NCBI GenBank assembly: GCA_964016885.1
Contig: CAXHJY010000804.1
Span: 1-64,000 of the forward strand
DNA length: 64,000 bases
Direction: 5' to 3'
From: Eledone cirrhosa
Lineage: Eukaryota
Made by a program: the position numbers and the translations under genes. Numbering within the stretch: position 1 is the first letter of the stretch; every line of letters starts with the position of its first letter. Below, in pieces: positions 1 to 15,034 of the stretch. The notes beneath the pieces are model-generated. The model was not told where the DNA came from. It made no database searches and was given only the letters and a program-made list of their open reading frames with translations.

Positions 1-110
1 CTATTGTTTTACTTTTGTTTGTAATTTTTATTTTATTTATTTTCACTATATTATATTATATTATATTAAATTATGTTATATATTATATTATATATTATTT
101 TATATTATTT

Positions 111-190
<80 letters not shown>

Positions 191-872
191 TCATATATAT
201 ATATTTATTATTTTATTGTTGGTTTTTCTTTCCCTGTCTTCTTTATTTTTATATTCTTCTTTACGTTATTTTTTTGACATGTTTTGTTTTGTTTTTTTTG
301 TTTTCTGTTTCGTACAACTCGTCACACCTCGCCCCACCTGCCCAACCTCCCTATCCCTCCAACACCACCGCTGACACCATTATCTCCACCGCAATCAACA
401 CTACTACTACCAACACTACCATAACTACCACCACCACCAAAACCACCATCACCTCTATCACCACCACAACTACTACCACCATCATCACTACCACCAACAC
501 CATCATTAGCTCCCGTTTCACGTCACGGCCAATGATCACGTGATAAAAATGGCTGCCTCTTTAGCAGTGACAGCGAGAAAGAGGCGATGGTGGTGGTGAC
601 CACGCCATTTCAATAGAAGCGTATAAAATCAGCAACAACAATCATTATATCGTCATTAGCCATCGGTAGAGCCACACCCTACCCCACCACCACGACAAGG
701 CCCCACCCCAGCACCACCACCCACGACCAGATTGTTTACATCGGACATTGATTTCTTATGCTACAACGAACGATCCGCCGATATTCCGAACACACGCATA
801 CATACACATACACATTAACATATATACACTTAAAAGAGTAGACATACAAACATGCACACACACACACACACA

Positions 873-925
<53 letters not shown>

Positions 926-1479
926 AAAGTAGACAAACATGCACACACAGACATACACACGTAAAAGAGAAGACATACAAACACACACACACACAAACAC
1001 TTAAAGAAGCCATATACATACTCACATACAAACACACACAGACTTAAAGAAGTAGACATACATACAGACACGTACACACTTAAAGAAGTAAACATATACA
1101 CGCACACTTAAAGAAGCAGACATACACACACACTCGAATAATATAGGTTTCTGGTTTAGATACGAGAACATTAATTTGTGGAGAGGAGAGGGGGAAGTCA
1201 ATTATATCGACCCCAGTTTTGACTGGTTCCTTATTCTATCAATGCTGAAAGGGTTGTTCAACCCGTTACCTTCTATGCTACCCACCTCTAAGATCACTCA
1301 TTGATCAACCATCCAGATGTAGAAAAATTATTCTATCTTATCTTTACGTTTTTGCCTTTCCGAATCAGCACCGCTAAATCCGGACATGCGCATATCTTGT
1401 AGTTGTTGAGAAGGAGGGCGAGTGCATGGGTCATGGGACCCTTGTTTTTGCTAATGGTTATCACAATCAGGCGTGTAGT

Positions 1480-1705
1480 TATCTGAGGGGGTTAAGCAGG
1501 GGTACCTGTTTCCATACCAAACCCAGGCCTAATCCATATGAGGGCTTTGAGCAGGTGCCCCTATTTTCATATCGAAGCCAGGCCAAGTCCAGTGAGGGCG
1601 TTGAGCAGGGGTCCATGTTTCCATACTGAACCTAGGCCACGTCTATTTGAGGACGCTGAACAGAGGTCCCTGTTTCCATAGCAAAGCCAGGCCACGACCA
1701 TTTAT
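1480..1705. repeat. Minisatellite, ~54 bp unit, four copies
   Basis: gagcagggg.ccctgtttccata..aa.ccaggcca recurs. Confidence 0.75.
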
Positions 1706-1962
1706 GCGCTATAATTTAAGTAATGACATTAAGGGGGAAGAGAAGGGGAGAAGCAAAAAAGAAAAGGGAGCATGTCACTAAAACTTGTTTGGCATCTCGT
1801 CTTGTCCTGTTATGATGATGATGGTGATGATGATGATGAAAATAATTTCGTTTATTTGTCATATAAAACCTACAAAATACAATTGCGTACACACGCACAC
1901 ATATACAACATACAAGCACACACACACAACCCAAACGCAAATATATTTATTCATATATATAT

Positions 1963-2089
<127 letters not shown>

Positions 2090-3230
2090 CATATGTATAT
2101 ATGTAAAATGTATGCATACACATACAGGCAATAATACACATATACATACACACACCTATGCATACATATTTCTAGACATTTTCGTTCATGTATGTATATG
2201 CATTTATACATTTATTCACGCATATATATACATGTCTTATATGTATATATATATATATATACATACATTACATACATATATTTATACATGAACACATGTA
2301 TATGGTTCCAGCTCCGTAAGTATCGATCAATCGATTGATCGAACACGAAGTGAATATATTTAACGTCTGAAAGATCTTTTCCGAAGCAGAAATTTCCCCG
2401 TATTGGAAATTTCAGCAATTTCCAGCTTGCCAGACTTAATTCTCCTGAAAATTTCTTTGACTTAAATTGACTCTTTAAATTTGCCTGAGACTATAATTTT
2501 TTTCATAATATCGAGTAAATTGTTGATTTTAAATATATTACAATTATTTTATAATTTTACTTTTACTTTATTGATTTTTAAAGTTTTATTTTACGTGAAA
2601 TCAAAACTAAAAATAAATTTAAAACAGTGACATTATTAAATAAATAGTAAAAGTATATTAAAAAAATAATAAAATTCAAAATGAAATTCAAAATAAAACT
2701 AAAAATTAAAACGTTAAAAGCTCAAAGGTCACCATTAATAATGACATGTCAGGATACAAAATTGGTTTAATTTTAAATTTATATCGAGAGCTTATGATTA
2801 TTATTATTATTTCTTTTTTAATTTAAAAAAAATATATATTTTTCTAATTATTATTTATGGCGGAAAAATTGGCAGTGTTATTAGGAGTGTTTTATCGGCA
2901 TTTATTCCGGCTTTCTGTGGCATGGGCTCGAATCCCACCATGGTAAACCAATGTTGTCTTTAACTCTTTCCAGATTGTCGATAAAAATCAAATACTAGTT
3001 CAATACATCGCCACCCTGGGAGTAGTGTTTTGCTTATCACCTCCGAAAGGGCTGAAAGGCTAAATTGTTCTCAGCGAGATTTGAACTCAGACCGCAAAGG
3101 GCCGGAAGAATATATATACATATATATATTAATAATAAATATAAAATCCGAAGAGGGCTCCATAAGGATTTACACTCACACACACACACACACACACACA
3201 CACCCACACACACACACACACACACGCACG

Positions 3231-3319
<89 letters not shown>

Positions 3320-5184
3320 ATGTATATATATGCATATAATAAATTAGTTCTGTTTTTTTATTGACACTCTCACTATACTTACACATGCACATACACGTGT
3401 GTGTGTGTGCGTGTGTGTGTGTATGTGTGTGTAATGTGTGTAAGTATAGCGAGTGTGTTAACTAGAAGAAAAGCAGTCGCTATGTAAGATTGTTAGACCA
3501 CGAAACCTAACGTTGTAGGTGAATTTTCATGTGTGCAAATCATAATATTACAAATCATTATATATATTTAGTTCTATTGGTGGAGAGATAGACAGATAGA
3601 TAAACAGATAGATAGGTAAATAGATAGATAGGTAGATATGTAGGTAGGCAGGTATAGATATTGGTAGATAGAATGCCGGAAAGGCCAGGACTGGTGTATT
3701 TTTAATACCCAAAACTTCTGGTTTCAAATACAGAGGAGGTTTATTTTGCCTTTCATTATTCTATTCTGAATTGGACAAAATAGATATTTGTAATAATACA
3801 ATTATCAAGTAATTATTAGACATTTTAATAATAGAACTTGTAGATATTATCTTGATGTAATTTTATTTAACTATAACTCATTAGAACATTTTACTAATTG
3901 CTATTGATTGGCAGTTTTAAATTATGTGCCACAACGACTGACAATGCTGAAGATTGTTCTGGAATCAAAGATGGCGGCTTAACACACAGAAGGGAAGTTT
4001 CAATGGCGGCGATATCACATAGAAGGGAAATTTCAATGGCGGCTTGTCTTATGAAACGTTAGCTTAAATCAAAGTTTACCATTGTTACTAAACTATTAGC
4101 TTGTACTAGAAATTAAATCATTTATATAAGAAATTGAATTGCAATTGTGTGAAACGATAAAGCATTAACAACAACAACAACAGCGATAAGAACAATGAGA
4201 ACAGCGACACCAGTAATAACAATAACAACAGCATCAAAAACTATAAGAATATCTCAGTGACGTATAATGGAAAACAACAACAATAATAGAATATAGTTGA
4301 CAAGACAAGACAAAGTAAAAACACAATGGTTAGACAAGTTAAGACATAAAAGAAACGATTTAAACAGAAAAGGTTTGACGAGTTGTCTTTCTTTTCTATA
4401 CAATTTAGATCTTCCATTCTTATATACTTTATAACACGAATCTTTTGTAATATGGAAGCTGATAGCATATATAGATATAGAAGCGTCCAGATTACAGCAA
4501 AGGGGAGAAGCGGAGGAGTAGAGCGGAGTAGGATGTAGAGTAGCAGTGGTTGTAGAAAGGGGTAGATAAAGGAGGTGAATGTTTAGAACTGACTTGGTAT
4601 AATATTCATGAAAGCAGACAAGGAAATTAGACATGTAATTTTCTGTAGATTATTTTGTAATGTTATTCAAACTGTTCCCAACTATCCAGGAATTGATGTG
4701 GCTTTGTAGTTTAGAGAAAGAAGAAAAACATGGAGAGATAGAGATGGGAAAGAGGAGGGAGGAAAAGAGAGCGAAATGGAGGAAGAGATAGAGAGGGAGG
4801 GAGCAAGAGAGAAAGAGAGAGAGAGAGAGATTGGAAGAGAAAGAGAGAGAGAAGAAGAGTTAGAGAGAGAGGGAGCAGGAGAGTGGAAAAGAGAGAGAGA
4901 GAGAGAGGGAGTTTCAAACTTCCTCTCTCTTCTATAACTAAGCATCAAACCCCCAAAAGGCCAACAACAAAAAGTTCTTATGTCATTAGTTGGTATTTTT
5001 GATGCTGTTGTTGTTTAAAGTTATCACAAAACCCAGTTTTCGGTTCTTGATTACATCAGCACCATCAACGTCATCGGTTTACACCAACAATGACACACAG
5101 TAACAATAATTACGACAATGGTGATGATGATGATGATGATGGTAAGAAAAAAACAACAACAACAAAACAACAACAATGATAATG

Positions 5185-5249
<65 letters not shown>

Positions 5250-5251
<2 letters not shown>

Positions 5252-8162
5252 TTTCTTTATTAACCACAAGGGTTTACATAAAGTAGACATTAAGGACAGT
5301 GCAGGACAATGCAGGACGGTACAAATGGGCATTTCTGCGTGTAAAAAAACAAAAACAGAGGATGTAACAAAAATAACAATGAAAATAACAATGAAAAATT
5401 CCCCAATAGGGGGGAGACTTCGGAGGGACATTTGTGGAGAAAGCCCAGTAAAAAGCCACAATGACCCTGACCACCAAGGCAAGTGCCCTCTCCCAGTTTT
5501 CCACCTTTAGTTTACAGATATATACTCAGAGTCGGCCCATTCACTCGGGCCATTCTTGCTTCTCTCACCCATCTTTCAACAAAATGCTGGGAAGAGAGCA
5601 CTTCCCTCTCTACTCTGATTTTCCTTTTCAAATGAAATTTGAAAAAGTCAATCAGAGCATCACCGAAGAGGTAAGTGCTCGTCTTCAGCCCTTTCAAACG
5701 TGTCCACCATACTATCTCTTTCGCCATGGCCACCAGACAGATAAAAACTGCCTGCCCTTCCCGGCTAAAGGAGGAGGGCGGGGCAATCCTCACGATAGAC
5801 TCAGATGATAGCTGGATCCGTCCTAAACGCGACAGCAGGTGTTCGACATAAACCCACAAGTCAGCAATTTTCGGACACTGGACGAGTGCGTGCAGGACGG
5901 TTTCGTCGCCCTGCGCGCATCTCGGACATGCCCGGCTGACGGCACCTCCATGCCTGTAGAGTTTATCCCGAACTGGCAAGGCTCCTCGGTAGCACTGCCA
6001 GGCCAGAGATTTCTGGAAGTTGTCCATAGGCCCTGGCCCGAAAGTTCTTCCGAAGAGATTGGCTAGTTGATTTTCGTCGACGCCTAGAGTTTCCCCAAGT
6101 ACGTCGTCGCTCTTCCCCTCCACTAATCCTCTATAGAACGCCGAGGTGGAGTTTCCACCGATCACATTGCCCGATTGGTCGAGGGCTGTGAGCGCCTGAA
6201 GACATTCCAGTCTCCAGGCGCTCCCTCTCGGTCTTCGCTTGACCCAGGACTGTAGCTCCGTCAAGGAAACGAGCTGGGGAAAAACGCGTCTAGCAAACGG
6301 CGACCACACCTGATCACCGTCGAGGAAGAGGTGGAGATGTCGTAGCCTGAGCGCGTGCCTGCGCATCATCAGCCACGGCATGCCCAGCCCTCCACGTAGC
6401 GGGTGTTGACAACAGATGGACCGCCTGACCATCGGAGCACGTCCCTTCCACAAAAAGCGAAAGAGCAAACGCTCCAGCGCAGTCAGGCGAGGCTTAGGAC
6501 AAGGTACGACGGTTAGGCGGTAGCAGATGACAGACGCGATGTACGCGTTAGCCACCTCCGCTCGACCTTTCAGGGATAGCTTCCTCTCCGCCCATTTCTG
6601 GGTGAGAGAAGCCACCCTGCTCGTCACCTCGTCCCAGTTTTTGTCCGTCTGGAGGTCCGGACCGAACCAGACCCCTAGCAATTTAACCGGTCCGTCCGTC
6701 CAGCGCCCGACGACGCTGTTGGACGGCATGGACCTGCCTCTCCAGGTGCCGAGCTGCAGGCCCACTGACTTTTCCTGGTTGATCATTGCTCCTGTCACCG
6801 CTTCGTATTCTCTTAGTGTAGTGCCGATCGCCTCGATGTGTTTGGCGTTCGACACCACTACGGTGACATCGTCCGCATATGCTGACACGGATCTTCCGCA
6901 TCCTAGTTCGCGCGGGACTCCCCTCAACGTCTCCAGTTTGTGCAGTAATGGCTCGAGAGTCAATACGTACAAGAGGGACGAGAGGGGACATCCTTGGCGG
7001 ACCGAGCGCATGATGTTGAACGGTTCCGACAGGTGACCGTTCACTCTCACCACAGAGCAGATGTCGCTGTGCATGGCAGCGATCCAGCCTCTGAAGACGG
7101 GCCCAAAGCCAGCCGCCCTCAGGACTGCCGCTAGGTAACGATGGTCGACCCTATCGAAAGCTTTCGACTGATCTAAATTGATCAAGGACCCACCCGTGCC
7201 AGGTTCCCTAGCTACCCTCTCTACGATGTATCGCATGAGGTGGAGGTTGTCGTGGATGGATCTGTCGGGAATGGCGCATGTCTGCGCCTCTCCCACCAGA
7301 CCACCAACGACAAGCGCCAACCTCTTTGCTAGCACCTTGGCCAAAATCTTAAACTCTGTGTTTAGCAGAGTTATGGGCCGGAAATTGTCTATGTTATCCC
7401 CCTTGTTCGGATCCTTTCTCAGCAGTGCCACCGCTCCTCGGCTCACAGAACTGGGAATTCTCCCGTTCTGTTGCCAGTTGCAGTAGACGTCCGCCAAGAG
7501 GCCTCCGAACAAGTCTGGCATCTGTACGTAAAGTTCATAGGGCAGACCATCCAAACCAGGCGATTTACCCCTTGTGCAGCCAGTCATTGCCTCCCGTACT
7601 TCAGCGGCTGTTATCGGCTTTTCGCAACACTTCGCCTCAGTGGCCGAGAGCCGCGGCAGTCCGTCGAGGTAGACACTAAAGTCCATCCCTCTACCCGGCC
7701 CCCCGCTGCCCCCGAACAGCTGAGCGAAGTGTCGCTGAAAAGCTTCACACATTTGCCCGGGATCGAGTAGCATGCGCCCGTCGTGGTCCACCAAAGACCG
7801 GATCGTGGCTTTGTTGCCACGACGCGCCTCCGCCACTCGGGCCCATTGAACGGCTTTCGTCCCCTCGTGTCTGAGAGCACGCACCCTAGCTCTGACAACG
7901 CAGCCTTCGTGCTTTGCATTGAAGAATTGGTCAAGGGCCAATTTCGCCGCAAGCACGTCGGTCGCAATGCCTTTGCTAAGCGCCTCGTCTAATTTTCTAA
8001 CTAGTTCTCCCTCTGCTCTATTTTTCTCTATTGCTAAAGCCTTACTAAACCTAATCGATTCTATTCTAATCGCTCTTTTCAGAGCAAACCACCACTTGTT
8101 GTTGACGATGGCCCCCGTCAACGCCCGCTTAACTAGTTCGCTAATCCGGTCTCTGTAGGCCT
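5250..8162 (-). mobile_element. 5'-truncated Tx1/L1-clade non-LTR retrotransposon (RT plus C-terminal zinc finger plus 3'UTR)
   Basis: Open frame of about 2.65 kb, GC-rich relative to the flanks. The 3'UTR ends in AATAAA (minus, 5256-5261) and runs into (ATT)n. No APE endonuclease is present, so it is truncated. Confidence 0.9.
5512..8162 (-). CDS. Truncated ORF2: reverse transcriptase with zf-RVT-like CCHC domain
   Basis: Motifs [58 protein letters not shown] and CPRC...ETVLHALVQC. The first ~105 aa of the track ORF (8163-8481) are antisense read-through of the neighbouring element. Confidence 0.88.
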
Positions 8163-8169
8163 TAATAAT

Positions 8170-8691
8170 ATGCAAAGTAAACCATTTACCACATTCTGAG
8201 AAGTGGTATGAGCATAAAACAGAGTCGGTGATAGAAAACGATGAGGTGAAGGGGTTATGGGATTTTAGGATACAGACGGATAAGAAACTGGAACACAATA
8301 GGCCTGACCTAGTGGTTTTGGACAAGGAAAAAAGATCGTGCCTGATTGTAAATGTAGTCTGCCCATTTGACACGAGAGTGCAAGAAAAGGAGAGGGAGAA
8401 TATTAACCGATACCAGGACTTAAAGTGGGAGTTTAAAAGGATTTGGAACTGCCATGAAATCAAGGTCGTCCCGATTGTCATAGGCGCACTAGGTACTATC
8501 TCAAAGAGTTTCCAAGGATGGTTAAAGAAGATTAGACCAGCCCCGCTTTTTGGAACACTTCAAAAGACATGATTGCTGGGAACAGCAAGAACCCTCCGAT
8601 ACGTCCTGAATATCTGAGGCTGCAGGTAGCGGCTTCATATTCATTTCAACAAACTTTCCAGTTAAATAACATCAATGACTGAGACTCAAAG
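8170..8691 (+). mobile_element. 3' fragment of an R4/Dong-like LINE (restriction-like endonuclease domain), copy 1
   Basis: KWYEH..SVIEN..LWDFRIQTDKKLEHNRPDLVVLD..CLIVNVVCPFD..EK..RYQDL..VVPIVIGALG is the PD-(D/E)xK endonuclease C-terminus of the R4/Dong clade. There is a premature TGA at 8570-8572 (TGC in copy 2). The 3' end runs into (TAA)n. Confidence 0.8.
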
Positions 8692-8751
8692 AACAATAAT
8701 AATAATATATCATCATCATTATTATTATTGTTATGGTCGCTGGATGATAAT

Positions 8752-8832
<81 letters not shown>

Positions 8833-8998
8833 TTATTGTTGTTGTTATTGTAGTTGTAGTTGGGTTTAATGAAGACAGGGAGTTGACGAAGTGAAGATAA
8901 CTGGATGTAATTACTGTGGATAGACTTTGATTGAAAGATGGAGAGAAACAGGGAAAACTGACAGCGAGAATATGCACACACACACACACACACGGATA

Positions 8999-9079
<81 letters not shown>

Positions 9080-9115
9080 ATATATGTACGAATATATATA
9101 AGTATATATACATAT

Positions 9116-9196
<81 letters not shown>

Positions 9197-9358
9197 TATA
9201 CATATATATTTATATATATGTGTGTGTGTGTATGTATATATATATATGTATATATATACACACATAATTTATATATATAGGTATGTATATAGATATGTAT
9301 ATATACATACAGGCACACACGCACACACATCTATCTATATATACACACACACACACAC

Positions 9359-9414
<56 letters not shown>

Positions 9415-9434
9415 AAATATATATATATGTATGT

Positions 9435-9507
<73 letters not shown>

Positions 9508-10465
9508 GCGAGAGCCGAGCGCTTGCTGTTGAACTAAAGACATTAACACTTGATAGAGCAGAAGGAATTAAAACGTTAAATAGAAGTAAGTAATCACGAT
9601 TGAGCAATGGCGACAGCAGACGACAACATCGGTAGAGAAGACAATGGCGTAGAATGAAAGAATGACGAAATAACAATATTGTATGACGGAGATAGAGAGA
9701 ATAGAATGTAGAAAGATGAAGAGATAAACGAAGACGGAAGAGAATTTTTGTATGGAATGAAGACAAAATGCTGATAAATAGTTCGTTAATAATTGTATTT
9801 TCAACAGATGTCTTTTATCAATCACTGTTACTTTGACGAAAAACTTATCAAATAAATACACCGGTATAAAACTAATACGCCTGTACATTAATGACATATA
9901 CAACAACTACACGAAAAACAACAATAACTACATAACCACCAACACCAACAACAACAACACAACAATAACACAACAACAACACCAACAAAAAAACACAACA
10001 GCTACACAACAATACCGCCTACATCAACAGTACAACAATAACACCATCACAACAACACAACAACAAAATAACACTACTACTCAAAATCACTAACAACAAC
10101 TGAACAACAACTCCGGCGCTACAACACAGCAATAACGCCTACACAACAACACAACAATAACGCCAATAACAACAACAACAACAACGCAACAACAACGAAA
10201 CAACGCCAACAGCAAAAACCCAACAACCCAACAACGACGCAACCATAACTGAACACTTACAACATAAAGACCTGACACCAACAAGATTCTATCTATATAA
10301 GTAACTTTCTCATTATTCTGTTGGTGTTTGGAAAATAACCTAACAAATGTTCTTACATAAAATTATGAAGGGGAATTTCTAGAAAATTATAAGCACTTTA
10401 AAATAAACAATTTCGTATTGTAAAACCAGAAACAGTTTTATCTATCTATCAATCTATTTATCTCA

Positions 10466-10587
<122 letters not shown>

Positions 10588-11157
10588 GTCTATATATGTA
10601 TGAATATATATCTATTGATGGTATACAAGCTCCTATATAAATTGGTATACTTTCACCCAAATTGTAGGAATCCTATAATGAAACGAGACGTCCGTCTGGG
10701 AAGAGATATATTCGATATGTCTCATATGAAATAATACAGCCAATTTTCCACGCAATACTTTTAGTTAGCACCCCGAACGCACAATTGGGAATATAATCAC
10801 TTATTTCCTAATGTTTGTTGAGTGAGTTGGAATTTGGCCGGAGTATCGCTAAAAAGGTTTCTCCGATATTGTATTTATTTATTTATATATATATATGTAT
10901 ATATATATATAGCTAACTGAACAGACACGTGCCTTTTCTCCCGCTACCCGACTTTTTTCCGTTTGTTCCTCTTCTCATTCTCCTCTATCTTTTTATATTA
11001 TCTTTTATTTCTCATTCTATCCTCTGATGAGGGATTAACGTCCGAAACATTAACATTCTTCTTCTAAAATATCTAGTGTTAAACTAATATATATCTTCAT
11101 TGTTCTGTATCGTTTGTTTTCCGTTTTCTTTTCACACACACACACACACACACACAT

Positions 11158-11243
<86 letters not shown>

Positions 11244-11560
11244 CGTATATATATTACGTATATATTCAATAGTAACTACATCAGTCATAAAATATACAAT
11301 AAATATTCGTTGAAATAAAAGTCCATTTACACTAAATTCAACCTGGAAACTAAGAAATAATTTTTATGAATATTTTGTTTACCAAATGTAATAATGGCGG
11401 CCTTTTTTTATACCGCCATTATCGCCGTCGTCTGCAAATTGAATATAAAATAATCCTAATCGATTGTTGAAGCCAACAACTGTCTTTAATATGTTATGAC
11501 TACAGATTGTCTGAAGGAAATTTTTTTAATCAATAGCGTGTCGAAACATCTAATATTATG

Positions 11561-11752
11561 GGCGGTGCATTGGCAGTATCGGTAGAGGGTTGGACGCCAT
11601 GCTTTGCAGCAAAGAGTTACGGCCCTTTATGGACTAACTTCATATCCCGCCGAGGTTAACTTTGCCCTTCATCCTAACGTGGTCGATAAAATAAAGTACC
11701 AGTAATACACTGGAATAATTGCTGGCCTTGTGCCAAAAGTAGAAACAATTAT
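11561..11752 (+). mobile_element. tRNA-derived SINE, family A
   Basis: Box-A-like TGGCAGTATCGG head, central gaggttaactttgcc..tcatcct..ggtcgataaaataaagtaccag domain and tail ttgctggccttgtgccaaaagtagaaacaattatt. More than 10 copies in the window. Confidence 0.8.
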
Positions 11753-11950
11753 TTGGAAACAAATGCCTTAATAATAGGAATCAAAGATAGAAAGATAATG
11801 CTTCTAATAATAATAATTGTTTCTACTTTTTGCACAAGGCCAGCAATTATCCAAGGGTATCATCGACCCCGTAAGTTTCTAATAATAATAATAAAATAAT
11901 AACAACAACAGCAAAAATAATAGCAATAATAATAGCAATAATAATAATAA

Positions 11951-12141
11951 TTATTGTTTCTACTTTAGGCACAAGGCCAGCAATTACCCAGTGCATTACT
12001 GGTACTTTATTTTATCGACTCCGTAAGGATGAAAGGCAAAGTCAACCTCGGCGGGATTTGAACTCAGATCGTAAAGGGCCGTAACTCTATGCGTCAAGGC
12101 ATGGCGTCCGACCCTCTACCGATACTGCCAACCCACCGCCC

Positions 12142-12142
<1 letters not shown>
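11951..12142 (-). mobile_element. SINE family A
   Basis: Full-length reverse copy with box-B-like GAGTTCAAATCC, flanked by (AAT)n. Confidence 0.85.
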
Positions 12143-12182
<40 letters not shown>

Positions 12183-12184
<2 letters not shown>

Positions 12185-12461
12185 TTTCTTTATTGGCCAC
12201 AAGGGCTGACATCAAGAAAAACATTACAGACGGCACAGGACGGTACAGGACGGTACGATGTGGGTTTTGGGCGTGTAAATATTTTTATTATTTATATAAG
12301 AAAAGAAAAAAAGACAGAAACATATATATATATATAAACAATAAAAATGAAAATTGAAACAATGAAAAATTCCCCAATAGGTGGGAAACCTGCGAGGGTT
12401 ACTCGTGGCGAAAACCACACAAAAGACCACGCCCACCCTGACCACCAGGGCAAGCGCCCTC
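12183..12461 (-). mobile_element. 3'UTR fragment of a related Tx1-like LINE
   Basis: Homologous to but clearly diverged from 5250-5490 (gatttctttatt..ccacaaggg..caggacggtac..tgaaaaattccccaatagg..accctgaccacca). It abuts an (AAT)n tract. Confidence 0.8.
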
Positions 12462-12994
12462 CACTGGCACCTATGCAAAGTAAACAATTTACCATATTCT
12501 GAGAAGTGGTATGAGCATAAGCCAGAGTCGGTGATAGAAAACGATCAGGTGAAGGTGCTATGGGATTTTAGGATACAGACGGACAAGAAATTAGAACACA
12601 ATAGGCCTGACCTGGTGGTTTTGGACAACGAAAAAAGATCGTGCCTGATTGTAAATGTAGTCTGCCCATTTGACACGAGAGTGCAAGAAAAGGAGAGGGA
12701 GAAAATTAACCGATACCAGGACTTAAAGTGGGAGTTTAAAAGGATTTGGAACTGCCATGAAGTCAGAGTTGTCCCAATTGTCATAGGCGCACTAGGTACT
12801 ATCCCAAAGAGTTTCCAAGGAAGGTTAAAGAAGATTAGTCCAACCCCGCTTTTTGGAACACTTCAAAAGGCATGCTTGCTGGGAACAGCAAGAACCCTCC
12901 GATACGTCCTGAATATCTGAGGCTGCAGGTAGCGGCTTCATATTCATTTCAACAAACTTTCCAGTTAAATAACATCAATGACTGAGACTCAAAG
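12450..12994 (+). mobile_element. 3' fragment of an R4/Dong-like LINE, copy 2
   Basis: Frame ASALHWHLCK...NRPDLVV...GALG...LQKACLLGTARTLRYVLNI* (stop at 12920). Nearly identical to 8170-8691 and ends in (TAA)n. Confidence 0.82.
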
Positions 12995-13330
12995 AATAAT
13001 AATAATAATGATAGTAATGATAATAATGGGCAGACGTATAACTACTTTATCTAGAACATAAAACCATTCAGTGATTGTGTCATTTATGTAAATGACCCAG
13101 TCGTAAAATCACACAAGTATCATATAAATGTTAAAATCGATTTGTTTAATGTAAATAAACTGATCAGATCTGATCTGGCAAAAAAAAAATAGAAAGAAAC
13201 AGAAGAAAGTAAGAAAGGAAAAAGAAAAGAAAAGAAGAGAAAATATTTCATTGCCCACGTGATACATATCAAATAACATATAAGTTGTTCTTGTAAATTG
13301 AACAATTGGTTTGATTTGGTGTGGTTTTGC

Positions 13331-13393
<63 letters not shown>

Positions 13394-13434
13394 ACATATA
13401 TATATATTTATAAGTATATGTGTGTGAATGTATT

Positions 13435-13463
<29 letters not shown>

Positions 13464-13472
<9 letters not shown>

Positions 13473-13790
13473 TATAAGTATTAATAAAATAGACGTTCTT
13501 TTGATCAATTACATTTTATTATACATATTTCGGATGTACAACAGTACGTCCTCATCAGACAAAATATAATATATATTATAATATATTATATTTTGTCTGA
13601 TGAGGACGTACTCTTGTACATCCGAAATATGTATAATAAAATGTAATTGATCAAAAGAACGTCTATTTTATTAATACTTATAATTTAATATTAATAACTC
13701 CAGAAAATTATTTTTTTCGTTGAGTGCTTCCAATCAACTGTAAAACTCATTCTTTGACATAATCATTGAATATTGTTTAACGCTTTAATA
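13464..13790 (+). mobile_element. Fold-back Penelope-like non-autonomous element with hammerhead ribozymes on both arms
   Basis: Palindrome of about 230 bp (13464-13691) plus a ~100 bp unpaired 3' tail, set in (TA)n. Confidence 0.75.
13590..13642 (+). ncRNA. Type I hammerhead ribozyme
   Basis: attttgt CTGATGA ggacgtac tctt gtacatcc GAAA tatgta TA ataaaat. Stem I is 7 bp, stem II is present and the predicted cleavage triplet is AUA. A mirror copy lies on the minus strand at about 13513-13565. Confidence 0.8.
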
Positions 13791-13802
13791 TATATATATA
13801 TA

Positions 13803-14072
13803 GTTAAAAGAATAGAGGTGTAACACACAAGTTATTATATATTGGTAAACGGAATAGAAAATGCTGACAAATTGTTCAGATCAGAGCAAACAGCACGGAC
13901 ACTCTATCTCAAAATTATTTTTGAAAAGCATTTCGAAATGCGCAACCGGTAAAAACTTAAAAACTTAAAACCACAACTGAATACTAACCCATACAATCAC
14001 TAATACTCTTTTATTCCTAATTAAACCATTTTTCAACTGTGAACAATTTGTCAGCATTTTCTATTCCGTTTA

Positions 14073-14080
<8 letters not shown>
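13803..14080. repeat. Fold-back element with ~42 bp inverted arms
   Basis: Arms at 13837-13878 and 14040-14081. Internal degenerate hammerhead ttt TTGAAAA gcattt cg aaatgc GCAA ccgg TA aaa (13918-13954). Confidence 0.55.
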
Positions 14081-14150
<70 letters not shown>

Positions 14151-14440
14151 ATTCCTTCAAGTATTACATCGAAGCTGAAGCTGCAATACGGCAACACCAG
14201 TCAAATTATTTGAGGCAGTCCCTAAACACGTAACGATGCGATAAATGAATTAATTTCTCCACCAGAATTAACACATTAAGCTATATGAGGGAACCCCCAT
14301 AAATAATATATAGACCAGGTGTATAGAACCATAGTACATAACAACAATAACGATTGAGACAAAAAGGGGAAAGAATTCCTCATCCTGAACGTTACGATTT
14401 CTGATGTTACTCGTGTTCTGTGTGTATATATATATATATA

Positions 14441-14662
14441 AAAGGAACGATCGACCTTCGTCAAATCGGACCGAGGAAACAATGTTTCCGTTGGTCTTTC
14501 CAATTAATAATTCTATCTATCCGTCGCAACTCCAAGTAGAAGGAGCAACGTGAAATAAAGTGTCTTGCTCAAGGACATAACGCATCGCCTGGTCCAGGAA
14601 ACGAACTCACAACCTTACGATTGCGAATCCAATTCTCTAACCACTCAGCAACACGCCTTCAC
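14441..14662 (-). mobile_element. tRNA-derived SINE, family B
   Basis: Minus-strand head gtgaaggcgtg(t/g)gctgagtggttagag..gagttcg(a/t)ttcc (Pol III boxes A and B), followed by tgtccttgagcaagacactt. Adjacent to (TA)n. Confidence 0.8.
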
Positions 14663-14743
14663 GATATATACATATCGAACTCGCGAATTGATGATGGTGA
14701 GCTAAAACACTGAGCCACGTATCTTCAATATATATATATATAA

Positions 14744-14944
14744 ATCGCTGCTTTCACCCTTAACGGGATCTTCTGAAACTCTTCAGAGTTTCAGAAGATC
14801 CCGTTAAGGGTGAAAGTAGCGATTCTTTGCTTAAACTTTAATCTGTTATTTTAATAAATATTTGCTCTACGGTTCTTATATATTTAATATATATTTATCC
14901 TTATCGAGACCTCTTTGGATTTTAGACTTCAAATTTATTATTAT

Positions 14945-15034
<90 letters not shown>

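Noticed and set aside
8163-8481. N-terminal extension making a 989-aa novel RT fusion protein
   Set aside because: It is the antisense strand of the Dong-like fragment, in frame by chance. The same antisense ORF appears alone at 12545-12784.
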